A stretch of 56,100 bases of DNA, counting the filler, from Ionaspis alba (taxonomy: Eukaryota): the NCBI GenBank assembly GCA_964255285.1. It is 2 parts of 2 records of this genome, joined end to end, with 100 filler letters (N's around TTAATTAATTAA, not from the genome) between each part and the next. Parts side by side here need not be neighbours in the genome. Positions count along the whole stretch, not along the records: positions 1 to 28,006 come from CAXUUL010000130.1; 1 more part is not named here. One strand, given 5' to 3'. This document shows, piece after piece, positions 11,709-24,013 of this stretch. A program made the translations under genes and the position numbers. Position 1 is the first letter of the stretch, and every line of letters starts with the position of its first letter. The notes beneath the pieces are model-generated. The model ran no database searches. It had not been told where the DNA came from and saw nothing but the letters and a program-made list of their open reading frames with translations.

Positions 11709-13132
11709 ATGTTTTCGTCGTTCTCCTCCTTTTCCTTGCCATTTGCAGTCCCTCGCTTCCTTGCAGGAAACTCTGCTCCAGCTATCGACGTTCATCCTGT
11801 GCGAGTGTATGATATCGAAACACATAATGACAAACGTTCGAGGGCCCTCAAGCACCTGTTGAAGCTCAATCATGTCAATCATTCTATTGTCTACCACAAC
11901 CTACACTTCCATAATCACATGCCACATGTATGCAGCCACTCTGTCACTCTCAGACCTCTACTACGCTCATGATTGATTAGATTCTCGGTTCTGCTTACAT
12001 CATAGGTGCCACTGCCGAGCACCTGAATGATGTCTACGAGGAGGAGAGCAAAGAGCTGGAGAAATGGGTGGACTCGCCAAGCGAGGTCTCCCAGCACGAT
12101 TGGAGAGACTATTTGGGTGATCGAAGGTAGAACATGCTCTTTGCAAAGCTGACGCCCTCCGTCTAATGCTGTAGTGATTAGGTACCAACGCGCCTATGTG
12201 GATTTCTTCGAAGACCAGCTCGTTCTTGACGGTTACGACTGGCGGAAAGTGCTCGACAAATACATGTTCGCAGGAAAAGAGCCACTCGTTAATTGTTTGG
12301 TAGCAGGCTGTTAGTCTGCCTGTTTTCTTTCAGGATGGGTACTGTCACTCACACATATCTAGTGGGCCATCCGCTGATCCATCTTGGCTACGCTTTCGAG
12401 CTCTCGAGTCGCGAGTTAGCAATGGAAGCACTCGGATTAGCCACTACCTCGTACAATTTCTTACACAAGTACCTCGATGATCCCGCTTATACAAGACCGT
12501 CGCCATACAATTCGACAGACTTGTTCGACATTCTCACAAAAGTTGTGCATGACAAGCGTTTGGATGGGAAGTTTGACCACGAGGGAGCCGTCAACATCGA
12601 GCCTCTCTTCGGGGACTACGAGGAAGTAGTTATGGAGCACTGGAACGCTTGGAAGATCTCGGACCCAAAAAAGCAGTTTGAAGACAGTCAAAGGGCTGCA
12701 GCTGCACTGCTCGCCGCCACCCAAGAGCGTGATGATCCGTCATTTGACTTCTTCATCGTCCACACGTTGACCACGAGCCATGCCGTACGTATATTGCTGC
12801 CAGTAATCCCGGTCCAGTTACATGTGCCACTGGTGCGGCAGTGGTGGCTTCTGACCTTGGCAGTCTACATTGCTCAGCTGAGGCCGGTTATCCAACTCGA
12901 CAGCATTCGCAAATACGATTTGGGGGGAAAAGATTGGGTTTGGGTGGACTGCCAAGCTATTAAAGGCCGATGGGCTACTGACGCACACTATGTCAAAGCT
13001 CTGCGCGCATTGAAGGAAGCTGCGGAAACTTGGGGTGACGATGATCTTTTCTACCTGAAGGCTGCAATCAAATTCGGCAGTAATTTCAACGGATGGGGTG
13101 GCTTTGGATTGCAAGGCGAAGGAAAATGGTGA
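11709..13132 (+). CDS. Questin oxidase-like (DUF4243 / MGS207-type) protein, 4 exons
   Basis: LKHLLKLNHVNHSIVY...FHNHMPH/ILGSAY, YQRAYVDFFEDQLV, HPLIHLGYAFE, FDFFIVHTLTTSHAVRILLP and DAHYVKALRAL motifs, joined across GT-AG introns. Confidence 0.88.
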
Positions 13133-13507
13133 AATGGAAAACGTGGAGAGGAGTGGCTCTAACGCGGTCAGACAGATCGTGACCATTACCGTGCCAGTCC
13201 GGGTGCCGCAAATTATGCACTCCTAGCTGGTGTCCTGATATGGGGGCTAATAGTCGTTGTCACAAGCTGGTTGAGCGCTGGGTAGAGCCTTGACGCTAAG
13301 ATCTCCAGATTGGGAACAAGAGAGAACAACGTGTTTGTCAAAATTCCGTACCGAGCACTTTCAGCAAGTTGCGAGTTTGAGCTCAAGCCTTGTGGAGACA
13401 AGGATGCAAATATTCATAAGAGGCGGACAATAGGGAAGAGTTGTGCACTCAATCAGGACTAGTGAATGTACATAGGCTTTACGATTGGAATGAAGTTAGA
13501 AAGTGCT

Positions 13508-14411
13508 CTACTGTGCCTTTGACGATACGATCTCTGTTTACAATAGTCAGATACTGGTAGCCATAGAATTGATGGATAGATTCATAGACGTACTTTCCAC
13601 ATCAGCCACGCTCTGCTGTAAGATTTGTTGCAGCGTCTTTGGATTTTCCAATTCCTTGCTGATCTTGGCGATTACACTCTCGGCCAGTTCCCGTTGCTGC
13701 CTTTGTTTCACTTGCCCTTCGTAGCGGACCCAAGAATCAAGAACCTGTCTGCCCTCGGCGACTAGAGCCGTTCTCTGCTCGAGTTCGAAAGCCTTTGCTT
13801 CAAGCATGGCAGTTTCCTACTTGCTGTCAATACTGACGTGAATCGAGCGAAAGACTGCAATCATCAACCTTCGAAACTTCGAAGAGCTGCTTCGTCACAT
13901 CAATGACGCTCCCTAATTGCTTGACGTTCTCGATTCTGGACTTGACTGCTGAGGTGTGGTCATCTCTTGCTGCATTCAAGATTCCTTTCATCTTGGCAAT
14001 CTGTCCGTCGGCCCACTCCTTGTACATAGGTCCTCCATATTTGCCAACAGCCCAGAAGACGCTGAGAAGGCAGAAGGCAACGACGGTCTCTTCGTTGACG
14101 ACAAGAAATTCGTTGCTGATACCAAAAATGGAGATTCCCGCGCCCGCCGAGAGAATTGCAGTCTTTGAGACCAGATTGCTCCCTGGAAGAGAATCAATGA
14201 TCGCCTGTGCTTTTCTTTTTGGATCTTCCGTAGGGACGTTCGACGCATTTCGCGTAGAGCCAAGTTGAACGGAGAGGGTGGGAAGAGTCCGGAGGGGGAC
14301 TGAAGGTCGGCTGCGTAAGGTGCCTTTGCAAGATCCACTGTTAATTGTCGTGCGACGCCCCCAGAGCAAGAGGCACCTACCAGTTGCGGTTCTTGCCAAT
14401 CGCGACGCCAT
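13508..14411 (-). CDS. ATP4: Mitochondrial ATP synthase subunit b (subunit 4)
   Basis: Mitochondrial presequence MASRLAR..., IIDSLPGSNLVSKTAILSAGAG, VNEETVVAF, FEVSK/ETAMLEAKAFELEQ, VLDSWVRYEGQVKQRQQRELA. The last exon is KIVSSKAQ*. Confidence 0.97.
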
Positions 14412-14480
14412 CCTGACTCGAAAATATGGTTGTGTGGAGTACTACCCTGAAGTTGCTTCAAGCTCGATGCTAGAAGTAAT

Positions 14481-14507
14481 TAGCATAGGGCTGCCGACTC
14501 AGCCCTA
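14481..14507. promoter_or_regulatory. Palindromic TAGGGCTG-N6-CAGCCCTA element in the ATP4/NOC4 bidirectional promoter (Tbf1-type)
   Basis: Perfect 8-bp inverted repeat at 14486-14493/14500-14507 in a ~200-bp divergent intergenic region. The 12-mer TAGCATAGGGCT recurs at 39751. Confidence 0.55.
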
Positions 14508-14615
14508 CTGCACACCTCTCTGATTGGGAATAGTTGGATTTTTAATTTAAAGAATTCATCGTCTGTTCATTGCCATTACTCCTTGATTCGGCGCGTATAC
14601 GTTACGATACATAAG

Positions 14616-16374
14616 ATGCCTGGAGTAATAGACACAGATTCTGGTGCCCTGCGTAAGAGGAAACGGACAGACACAATAGCAGCTCCTTCAAGAGTGGCTA
14701 GACAGCGCTGCCGGGATGCTGCACTTGCCCAAAGCGATATTGAAGAGCACATTCAGACTCTCGAGATGCAGATTGGAGAATCACGTCGGAACTACAACAA
14801 ACTCACCACTCTGATCAACTATACCCGAGACTCCTCAATCGTTGATAGCGTGAGACGGCGCCTGGCGTCGTTGGCTTTGTGTCGAATTTTTTCTCGTCTT
14901 ATGGGACAAGGTATCATGACAATAACAAACCGAGGCACTACCAACGAGGAGTTCATTCGCATCTGGCTTCTAAAAAGGTATCAGGAGTACCGAAACGCTC
15001 TGCTCGCCACTCTGGTCAATCCCGGGGATAGAGCGATAGCCTCTTTCGCGGTAAAGCTTCTCATGCGGCTATGGAAAGACGAGGTTGAGTGCTGGAGATT
15101 GGTTGAGGATACAACATGGAAAACTGGTACTTTTAACCAAGTGATGAGAGCTCTTTTCTCAGCGACGGCTGTTACTTCAACACTCACCGAGTTTGTCGAT
15201 ACTTTTGTGGTAAAGTACGATGATATTAGGTTTAATACTCTCAAAACAATCAGGTAGGTAAGGTCAATTGTTCCTCAGCGTTTAATCTGACGTTGTATCA
15301 GTGTTTTCGCTAAGGGGGACTGTACTCCCTCACAAATCGATAAACTCATAGCCGTGCTAGGAGAAATTGAAGTGCCTGACCGAGTTGGAGCAGAGACGGC
15401 AACCTCCTACATAACGCGTACAGCAAGGAAGCAGCACTCTTTCCAAGTAACAAAAAAAGCAGCACAGGATGCCTGGACATCGACACTGGGGCGTGATTTG
15501 AGCAAAGCTCAGCGAAAGAAAGTTCTTGGCATGATAACACATCGAGTTGTGCCGTGGTTTCAAAAAGTTGAACTACTCATGGACTTTTTGACGGATTCCT
15601 TCGATGCTGGTGGATCGCTGTCTCTCTTGGCTCTGTCCGGACTTTTCCATCTAATGCAGGACAGGAACTTGGACTACCCTCTTTTCTATAAGAAGCTATA
15701 CTCGTTGCTCGACTCTTCGATATTGCACTCGAAACATCGCTCGCGCTTCTTCCGTCTGCTCGATACCTTCCTGAGCTCTACACATCTTCCAGCGGCACTG
15801 GTAGCTAGCTTCGTCAAACGACTTGCTCGACTTTGTCTCTATTCTCCACCTTCAGGGACAGTCTTTGCTGTCCCGTGGATATACAATCTCTTGAAAACCC
15901 ATCCTGCATGCACTTTCATGATACACAAAGCGTCACAGCGAGGAACCTCATCTACTAGTACGGAAGACCAAGGGACAGATGACCCTTTCACAATGGCCGA
16001 GGACGACCCGATGCTTACGAACGCCATCGAAAGCAGTCTGTGGGAAATCGAGACACTTCAAAGCCACCACCATCCCAACGTTGCTACAATTGCGAATATC
16101 ATCTCGGAGCAGTTTACGAAGCAAGCATACGACATGGAGGATTTCCTGGACCACTCATATGATAGCGTAAGTACTTCTACTGACGTGAATGATACAAGGT
16201 GTTGGGTATCCTCTGACTGATTTGTTACAGATACTGACTGCAGAACTATCGAGAACTGTCAAGAAAGCTCCAGTAGTGGAATTTGATATACCAAAGAGGG
16301 TGTTCCCCCAAGTGGATCCTATGTCACCTAGGAAAGATGGTGACGTATTGACGCGTTGGGACTTTCGTAGTTGA
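14616..16374 (+). CDS. NOC4: Nucleolar complex protein 4 (CBF/Mak21 domain), SSU processome
   Basis: ESRRNYN, YDDIRF, LMDFLTDSF..GG..SLLALSGLF, NLDYPLFYKKLYSLLD, HSKHRSRFFRLLDTFLSSTHLPA, AIESSLWEI..LQSHHHPNVA, EDFLDHSY. Two introns. Confidence 0.95.
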
Positions 16375-16973
16375 GCAGGCTGTCGTAGATTATAATCTTC
16401 AGTAGCTATCCCATATAATTGCTGGTCTTATTGGCATCGATGTAATGGCGTTCAAGGATCGGCCTGCCGTCAACTGTATTACCTGCCATGCCGACAAAAG
16501 ACTCCTTCTCACACCGAAATCGCATAGTAGGCATGGCGGGACTGATTTAGGTGAGCCATACTTGCAGAATTCTAGATGACAATTCCCACCAAACGCCCTG
16601 CCAACGCTGCCTCTGGATTATTTGGTTGGGTTAGGTCTTTGTGCTGGCGACCTCAACGATGTTCACCGAAGATTATTAGCGGGGCTGAACTGAGCGTCAC
16701 TCTAATTCTCAGCCTGTGGAGCCGTGAAAGCTCTAGTCTTTGCTTCGACGCAGGTCCATGGCGGAGCAACCCTCTTACGCACTGTCTTGTCAGACACAAG
16801 GACCGCTCCAAACCATGGAGAATTTGTGCTATTCACGACTTATTCTCCAGACATTTGTTTGAAGGCCCTGTACCTGGCTTGGCTGGCTTTCACCAATTTG
16901 GTCTCCTTCCAAACGTCTTTGCGTCAAAGCCTCTGTCTCTATGACTGGCGAGATACCTTCCAGATCTACTACG

Positions 16974-18769
16974 ATGACACTCAAGAATCTTCTCAAGAAG
17001 AGAAGCAAAGCCAGGGAACACGAGGGTCCTGATGAAAAGCCAATGCCGGTCCCAACGACCGCTCATGAGTTCACTTTCATGCGCTCGGACACGAACACGC
17101 AAGAAGTTTTGAGCCTTCCTCCCTCCCCGGATGAGCTCTCCGCAAATGCATCCTCTACGCTCGCTCTGGGCAAGGACAAGTCGTCTTCGAGCAGAAGGCA
17201 CTCCCGCTTTCGAAGCTCGTCAAACGTCTCTACGACCTCGCGAGACTCCAAGACCGAGAAGCGATTATCGTCTCTCCTCAGCTTACGTTCTCATTCCCAT
17301 GAATCGCGGAAGAGCTCTGCCAATGTCCCCACAGACCTCCCAAACATCGATGATAGCCACGAGGGTAACGAGAAGGAGGCCAAATGGGAAGAGCGAGCAA
17401 CAATTCTAGCCCAGGGTAATCCGAATCTAAAGCATGGCACTGCGATGAACGAGCCACAATTCACCTCCTCGTTACCGGTTCTCGGTGTTCCCACAGCCAG
17501 ACAAGCAGGAGAGCGACCGGCGATGAAAAGACAAATCAGTGATGCGGCAGGCGATGTGGGTGCCAGAAGACCAAGAATGGAGATTCTGTGGAATTGACAC
17601 AAGAGGTAGGATCACATCCAAGAAGCGATCAGGCTACATGAAAACGGAGGTATGGGCCTCCTTGCTGCACATATGCTGAAAGCATCAAACGGCTCGCTCA
17701 AATGAAAGGAAATAGATCTCGAGAGATCAACCGCCATGTTTGGGCGTTTGGCTGATCCGAATGGAAGAAACAATGCGTTAAGTCAGGTACTTTACGGCCT
17801 TGCACTCCGGTAGGTTGATCTATGGCTTAGAGGAAAACTCCTCTTATCCTTCCCCATTTCCTGTCTTGTCAATTTTCTTTGAACTTTGTTCCTAGGGTGC
17901 CCCGTACGGGCGACCTGCCTTATTCGCCAATGAACGCGGCAACGTTCGATCATGCTAGTAGAAGTACGGTTCCACTAAGTATTGCTTTCTCGAGCGCAGA
18001 CACGGATGGGGTGTTCCGGCAGACCCGTCTCTGGCCATCACCTATCTCTCCCAAGCGGCTTCTAATTCGGCCTCAATCGAGTCGGAAGCCCTCTCATCGG
18101 GCATGAAGAAAGGCGGTGCGGCCAAGGGTGAGTTAGTGCTTGCAATCTACGAGTTGGCCAATTGCTTCCGCCACGGCTGGGGCGTGGAAAGAGATCCTGT
18201 TGCCGCGAGGAGTTACTACGAGACAGCAGCGAATCTGGGCGATACGGATGCTATGAACGAGGCGGCCCGGTGTTATGAGGAGGGTTTTGGTGGAAAGAAG
18301 GACAAGGTGAGTCAAGTGGCCCGGTGCGGATAGTTGTCGGTGCGCGCAGGTCGTTGATGGCCGGCCGCTTGAAGCGAGCTGGATACAACCCATAACGAAT
18401 CAGAGTCAGAACAAGGCTCTGTCTGATCACGTCGGGCAGCAATGCTGTGAGATGAACTACCATGGCAGGGCTGATAAGCAAATCGCCGTGTAGTTTGTCG
18501 CCGCCAAATACTATCGCCTTGCGGAGGAAAAGGGGAGCAAGACTTTAGGGAACTCATGGTGAGTCGGCAGCCTCGGATCTCTTGCTTCCTGCTGTTCGTG
18601 CTCAGGTCGAGGCCCCCAGTGTTTCACCCTTCTGACCGCGAAGTTGGTTAACTGATCATCTCCGCACCTCTCAATGTTGCTTTGTGGTATCTGCTGGTGA
18701 AGGGTATTTGGCTGATTTTTTTGCTGAAGGATCTGGAAGGACAAATACAACGCCCAGGATAGCAAGTAG
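16974..18769 (+). CDS. Sel1-repeat protein, DSF2 / Nif1-like, multi-exon
   Basis: FTFMRSDTNTQE, EAKWEERATIL, DHIQEAIRLHENG, SQVLYGLALR/HGWG, ELVLAIYELANCFRHGWG, ANLGDTDAMNEAARCYEEGFGGKKDK, TLGNSW/IWKDKYN. Confidence 0.88.
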
Positions 18770-19422
18770 GTGTTGTTCGTTCCGCCCATCCCCTCCACCC
18801 TCAGAGCACGGATTGTCCCCCTTTTTCAGACGACTACGGTCAGGACGAAGGGGGCATTGTTATTGTTTTCTCTACGGCTTCTATTGGATATCAGTTTTCT
18901 TTCACGCATTCAAATTTCGACTAGAACTCTTTGGTAAATTTTTAAGATCACCAGTTACATTGTCCTGTGCGATACGCTTGACCACAGACTTGTAGAAGTA
19001 GAGCTGACGTCCCTAACTAATCACATTCTTCCATGCACTGTACCGCTCGCATAGCAGGAAATAAACACAAACAAGATCGTTGTCATCAATCGTAATCGCA
19101 TGCAATCATTGGTCAATCGTGCGTTGGTATATCAAGTCTTCCCCCCTCAATATCAATGAAACATGAAAAACTTATCAGCCGTTCCGAATCAGATGTCCCT
19201 CCATTTTCAGGATCTTCCATTCTCGGACCAGTGGTCAGCGACTGGACCGTCTGTGAATATCTGTCCGGCTCCCTTGCGGGACAAGTATAGCATTCTGCAA
19301 GTCAAAGTGTACCGCTCCAATCCTTCGTCACCCAACAATGCCACATGGCTTATGCGTTTCCGAAGATACAATGTTCATTCAGGTTTCGTGATTCTGTCGT
19401 TCATCTCAATGACCAGCTGAAC

Positions 19423-21427
19423 TCAATTCAAAGGCTCTGGTTTGTATGGGCCTTGTTGCCCAACACCGCATTCTCCAACCATACGAGCAAAGTCCCTGAC
19501 TATGTCACTCGGTATTCTCTCCAAAAGTAGCGATCGTGTATAGGTCTCAGCTGCTGTGACTCTGCTCGCACTGCGGATAGCGCTGAAAGCTTCTCCAAGA
19601 GTTCGACCATCATTGACTTCCACGTTTCCAGGTGGACGAGTCGCTCCATCCGAGGACAAGTCGTTGTATTGGCTTGGCGTCAAGGAGAAAGCTTGATCTC
19701 GAAGTTGACCCTCGTTTGGGGTCGTCAGCTGGTGGTGCAATCGCTCAAGTGGTGCATTCGAGAGGCTGGCAAGTTCGAAAGAGCTCAGCGTCGTTTGGCA
19801 AGCGTTGTTGTTACCCGGCAATGCATTCGATCTAGGCATCTGCAAAGAGTGACGACTTGATCGAGGTTCCTGGTGCCGATGAATCCCGGCATCTTCGTAG
19901 ATATGATCGAGCACGGTAGCAGAAGCTGCGCGCATATGCTCGGGCATGTTTGGTAGCCAGTCAACGGATGATGCTGAAGGCGTCCCTCTTGACGCAACCC
20001 AGGCACCACAGAGTAAGAGCATGAGGAGAAAGCCGGAGGTGGCCGTCTTCTCGTCATCTTTGATGATGGACCGTTCCGGCTTCGCAGGTGGAGAAGAAGA
20101 CGAAGAAGCGACAACCATCGATGTCTCGATGATAGGCTCGGTCTCGATACTAAACTCGTTTGCCACGGAAAAGTTGTCCCAGGGACTACTGTTCATTGTG
20201 AGATGGTCGAAATCGGAGAAATCGGCGGAAAATCCGGTCGAGCTCGGGGCTGTTGACATGGCCGTGCTCTCCATTCTCTGGAGCTGCTCCATCAAGATCG
20301 AATTCTTCTTGCGCAGTTCACCAGACTCGATTGTATGACGACGGACAAGCTCTTCCTTCTCCAACAACATGGTGTCGATATATTGCTTGTAACGTTGCTG
20401 CGACGCAATCCATGTCTCTTTCTCCCGCATCCACTCCGCTTCTTGAAGTTTCATTTCGGAAAGCGCTTCTTCAAGTTCACCAATAATGTTGGTGTACTGC
20501 TTCTTCTCCTCTTCCAACCTTTCGGTGTGTTGCTTCTTACGCTGACGCGAATCAAGCCTGCAGAAATCATGATGAGTAGTTGGACTCGGAGCCAAGAGAG
20601 ATAAGGAGCACTTACGCTGCTTGTCTGTTGCGGAGTAGACGCTTCTGTTGCTTCAATTCCTTGATTTCGTGTTCATCGTTGGTCTGATTGATCATATGAT
20701 CAATGGTACGTAGATTCCGCTCGGCTGGGATCTCAAAGCGAGCGTTCTTCTTCCGGATACCGTCACGACGTAAAAGTTGCGAAGCACCTAAGAAGGAGGG
20801 GCTCTGAGGATGGGCCTGCTGGACCATGGATGGGAAATCGGAATGCTGCTCCGAGGACGAAGCCGACATCCAGTCTTTGGCTGACTGCGGGGACGTGGAG
20901 AACGTGCTAGTAGGCGGGAAGACTGATGCGGCAGGGCCTGGTCGGTGCTCATACGCCGCTGCGTTTGCGGCGTGAATCTCTCCATGGCTGTAGACAACAG
21001 CCCTAGCGTTCTCGAACACTGGAACAAAGCCTTCATAGCCCGGTGTCGGGGTACACGAGCCGCTTGGCCCACTCAGTGGCCACTCTGCCTGTGAAGAGAA
21101 GGACGTGCTCTGCGTGTTGGCGTCATTCGTGGAATATGCATTATTACGTTGATCGTGATAAACAGGTGCTGTGTTTTGGGATGTGGGAAGAGGTCTTTGG
21201 CCGTAGTCGTAGACCGACCAAGCCCCGCCCGGCGGCGAAAAGACAGTCGCACCGTCGGCGAATGAATTTCGTCGTTGATGAATGGCGGGCGACATCTCCG
21301 GTGTCTGGCTATCGAGGATCGCGTCGTCGAGAACGCTGAAGTGGTCCTCGTCAACCCGCGGTTGATTCGACTCAAGTTTGGTGTTGGATGGTTCGTCAAG
21401 TTTTGATATTCGTAATATCCGTGCCAT
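19423..21427 (-). CDS. bZIP transcription factor with a C-terminal transmembrane helix (LZIP/CREB3-like architecture)
   Basis: RRDGIRKKNARFEIPAERNL..KQQKRLLRNRQAA/intron/LDSRQRKKQHTERLEEEKK followed by a coiled coil and the hydrophobic GFLLMLLLCGAWVA. The start codon is uncertain. Confidence 0.88.
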
Positions 21428-21637
21428 GGCGTTTTCCTGCGACCGCAAGGAGGTTGGGTACGGATGAGCTTCGAATGGGCGGTGTGTGGGGTTGAGGCGG
21501 GCGTGCGCCTGTTCGCTTGCGATTGAGCCGCCAGGCTGGATATGAGTGGGAAGAGCAGGATACAGAGCAGACTGGACAGCTGGGACAAGAAAGAAGGATT
21601 AAATACGAAGGGAGGAAGAGCAGCCAGGCATAATCAA

Positions 21638-21670
21638 CATCATCATCATCATCATCATCATAACAATAAC
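21638..21670. repeat. (CAT)n/(CAA,TAA) microsatellite upstream of the bZIP gene
   Basis: catcatcatcatcatcatcatcat directly visible, about 8 units. Confidence 0.9.
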
Positions 21671-22992
21671 CATGAAAACAAGAGCGACAAGGACGGGAGA
21701 AGAGACGCTGGAGACAAAGCACAAATAAGGAAGAGGGCGACAGGTATTGATAGGTCAGGTATGGGATAAGTTGCAAAGCTAGCTTGCCCGTCGGGAGGCG
21801 TAAGGTATCCCAAGGTGAAGGGCGAGTAGATTTGCGAGGCCAAAAGGCAACCAGGATCGGGAGGAAACCCCAGATTCACCGGCACCAGGCCAAGCGGGAG
21901 TTGGAAACAAAGCTTGATCCGGGGGGTGCCTGCACTGCTTCGGGAAGAGTGCCAGTGGCAGATGTAGTATTATTCTACCTAGGGAAAAGGACGATACGTG
22001 TGAGAGAAAGAGAGTAACGAGACAGAATAATAGAGATGATGCCCTCCGGAGGGACAAGAGATGACTTTGGCGATAGGCCTAGCTGTGTCATTCTAGTGAT
22101 TGGAAGCAGAATGATTGTTACGCGTTAACTACTGTACAAGTACCAGGACGGTGCTGGGAGAGTTTGATTCTGCGATCGGGTTGGGGGGGAGTCTAAGAGG
22201 AATCATGATTTAGTGGGCTCCTCACTGGTCACCCGTCCCCGATAACGAGGTCAGGCGTGGCCACCTTCCCGGGGGACAACAGGAATGGGACGGACCCTGC
22301 TAGAGCACTCTGCCCTCCCGGGTGACTGTTCGGGCTATGGGGACTGGAAAGGGCACGCACACATCAGCAAGGTAGACATACCATACGCACAAGTATGATA
22401 CGATCACGAGTCGGCAGTGGCTACTCGTAAGTCATCAGTGGATCCAAGGCCGATGGGCACCCATCATCCATCGCTCCACCTGCTAGCCAGCCATGCCATC
22501 GGCAGCCAATGGGCAAGCCAAGCTCTTCTCCCCGGGCCTCCCCTCTGATTGGTAGCCTTTCCCCCGTGGGCAGTTGGGCACCTATGCAGCTTTGCTCCTT
22601 CCTAGTTGAACGCCACAATGGATGGGCTATGGTTGGCGATGATGCATCTTTCTCCATCCGGATCGATCTGAAGGGGACTCAACAGTAAAGCGTCCCGAAG
22701 GAACTGATTGTGCGAACCATCCCACACGGGGATCATGCTGTGGATGGAAAGCCATTCCATCTGCAGAGCTGGTGTTCACAATCAGCGGCTCTTGCCAGGA
22801 TGTTCCGCTTCTTGCATTCGCATCTTCTTTGGCTGCTGGACGGCTGGTGTTGAGATCTTGTCACGTTGGGTATCACGATAGAATAGCGCCTACTTCGCGA
22901 TCCAAGGCTCAGAGAAATGCTTGAACAACTTCAAGCAATTCAGCAATCTCGGTCCACGCTTTGAGACCTCTATGGCTCCCTGGCGCCGAGCT

Positions 22993-23202
22993 GGATCTTC
23001 TTCTCCTTTTCATAACCGCGGCGCAGAGGAATCCAGGATTCGATCTCNNNNNNNNNNNNNNNNNNNNNNNNNNNNNNNNNNNNNNNNNNNNNNNNNNNNN
23101 NNNNNNNNNNNNNNNNNNNNNNNNNNNNNNNNNNNNNNNNNNNNNNNGGATCTTCTTCTCCTTTTCATAACCGCGGCGCAGAGGAATCCAGGATTCGATC
23201 TC
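22993..23202. other. 100-N scaffold gap with an identical 55-bp sequence on both sides (assembly overlap artefact)
   Basis: 22993-23047 is identical to 23148-23202. Confidence 0.9.
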
Positions 23203-24013
23203 ACAATGGTTGCCCAACCGCCCTAGTCATATACGAGCATGACCCTCTGTGGCAGATTTTCCTGCATCAACCAATTTCTTGTGGCGAGACCACTTGCGCT
23301 GCCTGGGCAGTGCTTGACAACCAGAGTGGTTTCTAGATCTAGTTCACGTGCCTTGTGGGTGGACCTGTCCATCTCATCTTTAGGTTCGAAGCGGAGTGTT
23401 TTCTCTGTTCAGGATCGGGCTATACTTAGTCCGCAAGTCGATCAGATGTGCTGTGTGTGATAGAGGCACGACAGGCTCCATGATTGCCATCGCTTGGTCT
23501 GATAGTAAGTCTGCCCATCTGCTTGACCGGATGAGCTCATAATCTGGGAGGCTATGTTTGTATCCAAATCTATTGTTTGCGGGAGACTGCCAAGATTCTC
23601 TGATATTCATGTAGGGCCGTCCCCCAACGAATTGAGGGGGGTTTGCCAGGCCTGGTAATCTTGGCCTCTTCAAAGAACTACTCCAAGCACAGGTGAGTGT
23701 CAGGATGAAAGGCGACAAGCAGTCCATGAAGTATTTACAAACAGTTCATCTACTTTGACCCATCTCAAGCTACAGAGATCTCGCTCGGTTTCCTCCATGA
23801 CTTATTGCACAAACAAAAAACTTCCTATCTGCGTCTATCTCCCGTGTTTAGCTTCTGCCGTAAGATGATATTGAAAGGAATAAGGAAAGCCATTGAATAG
23901 GTATTTACGATCAGTCCACACCCCGGTTAGTGCCCAAAGACTTGCTTGCCAGGACTCTTTCATCGCGGAAAGACTTTACTGCCACTAGACCGCAAGACGT
24001 GCGAGTTTGGTGT

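Noticed and set aside
17810..18729. Longer introns of the Sel1-repeat gene as snoRNA hosts
   Set aside because: Only short hairpins and degenerate boxes were found, with no convincing guide sequence.
21542..21776. Poly-His (+) and poly-Asp (-) ORFs
   Set aside because: They are translations of the (CAT)n microsatellite in the bZIP upstream region.
22993..23202. Direct repeats flanking N gaps (also 45146-45339) as LTRs, TSDs or CRISPR-like units
   Set aside because: The exact duplicates abut a 100-N gap, which is a typical scaffolder overlap artefact.
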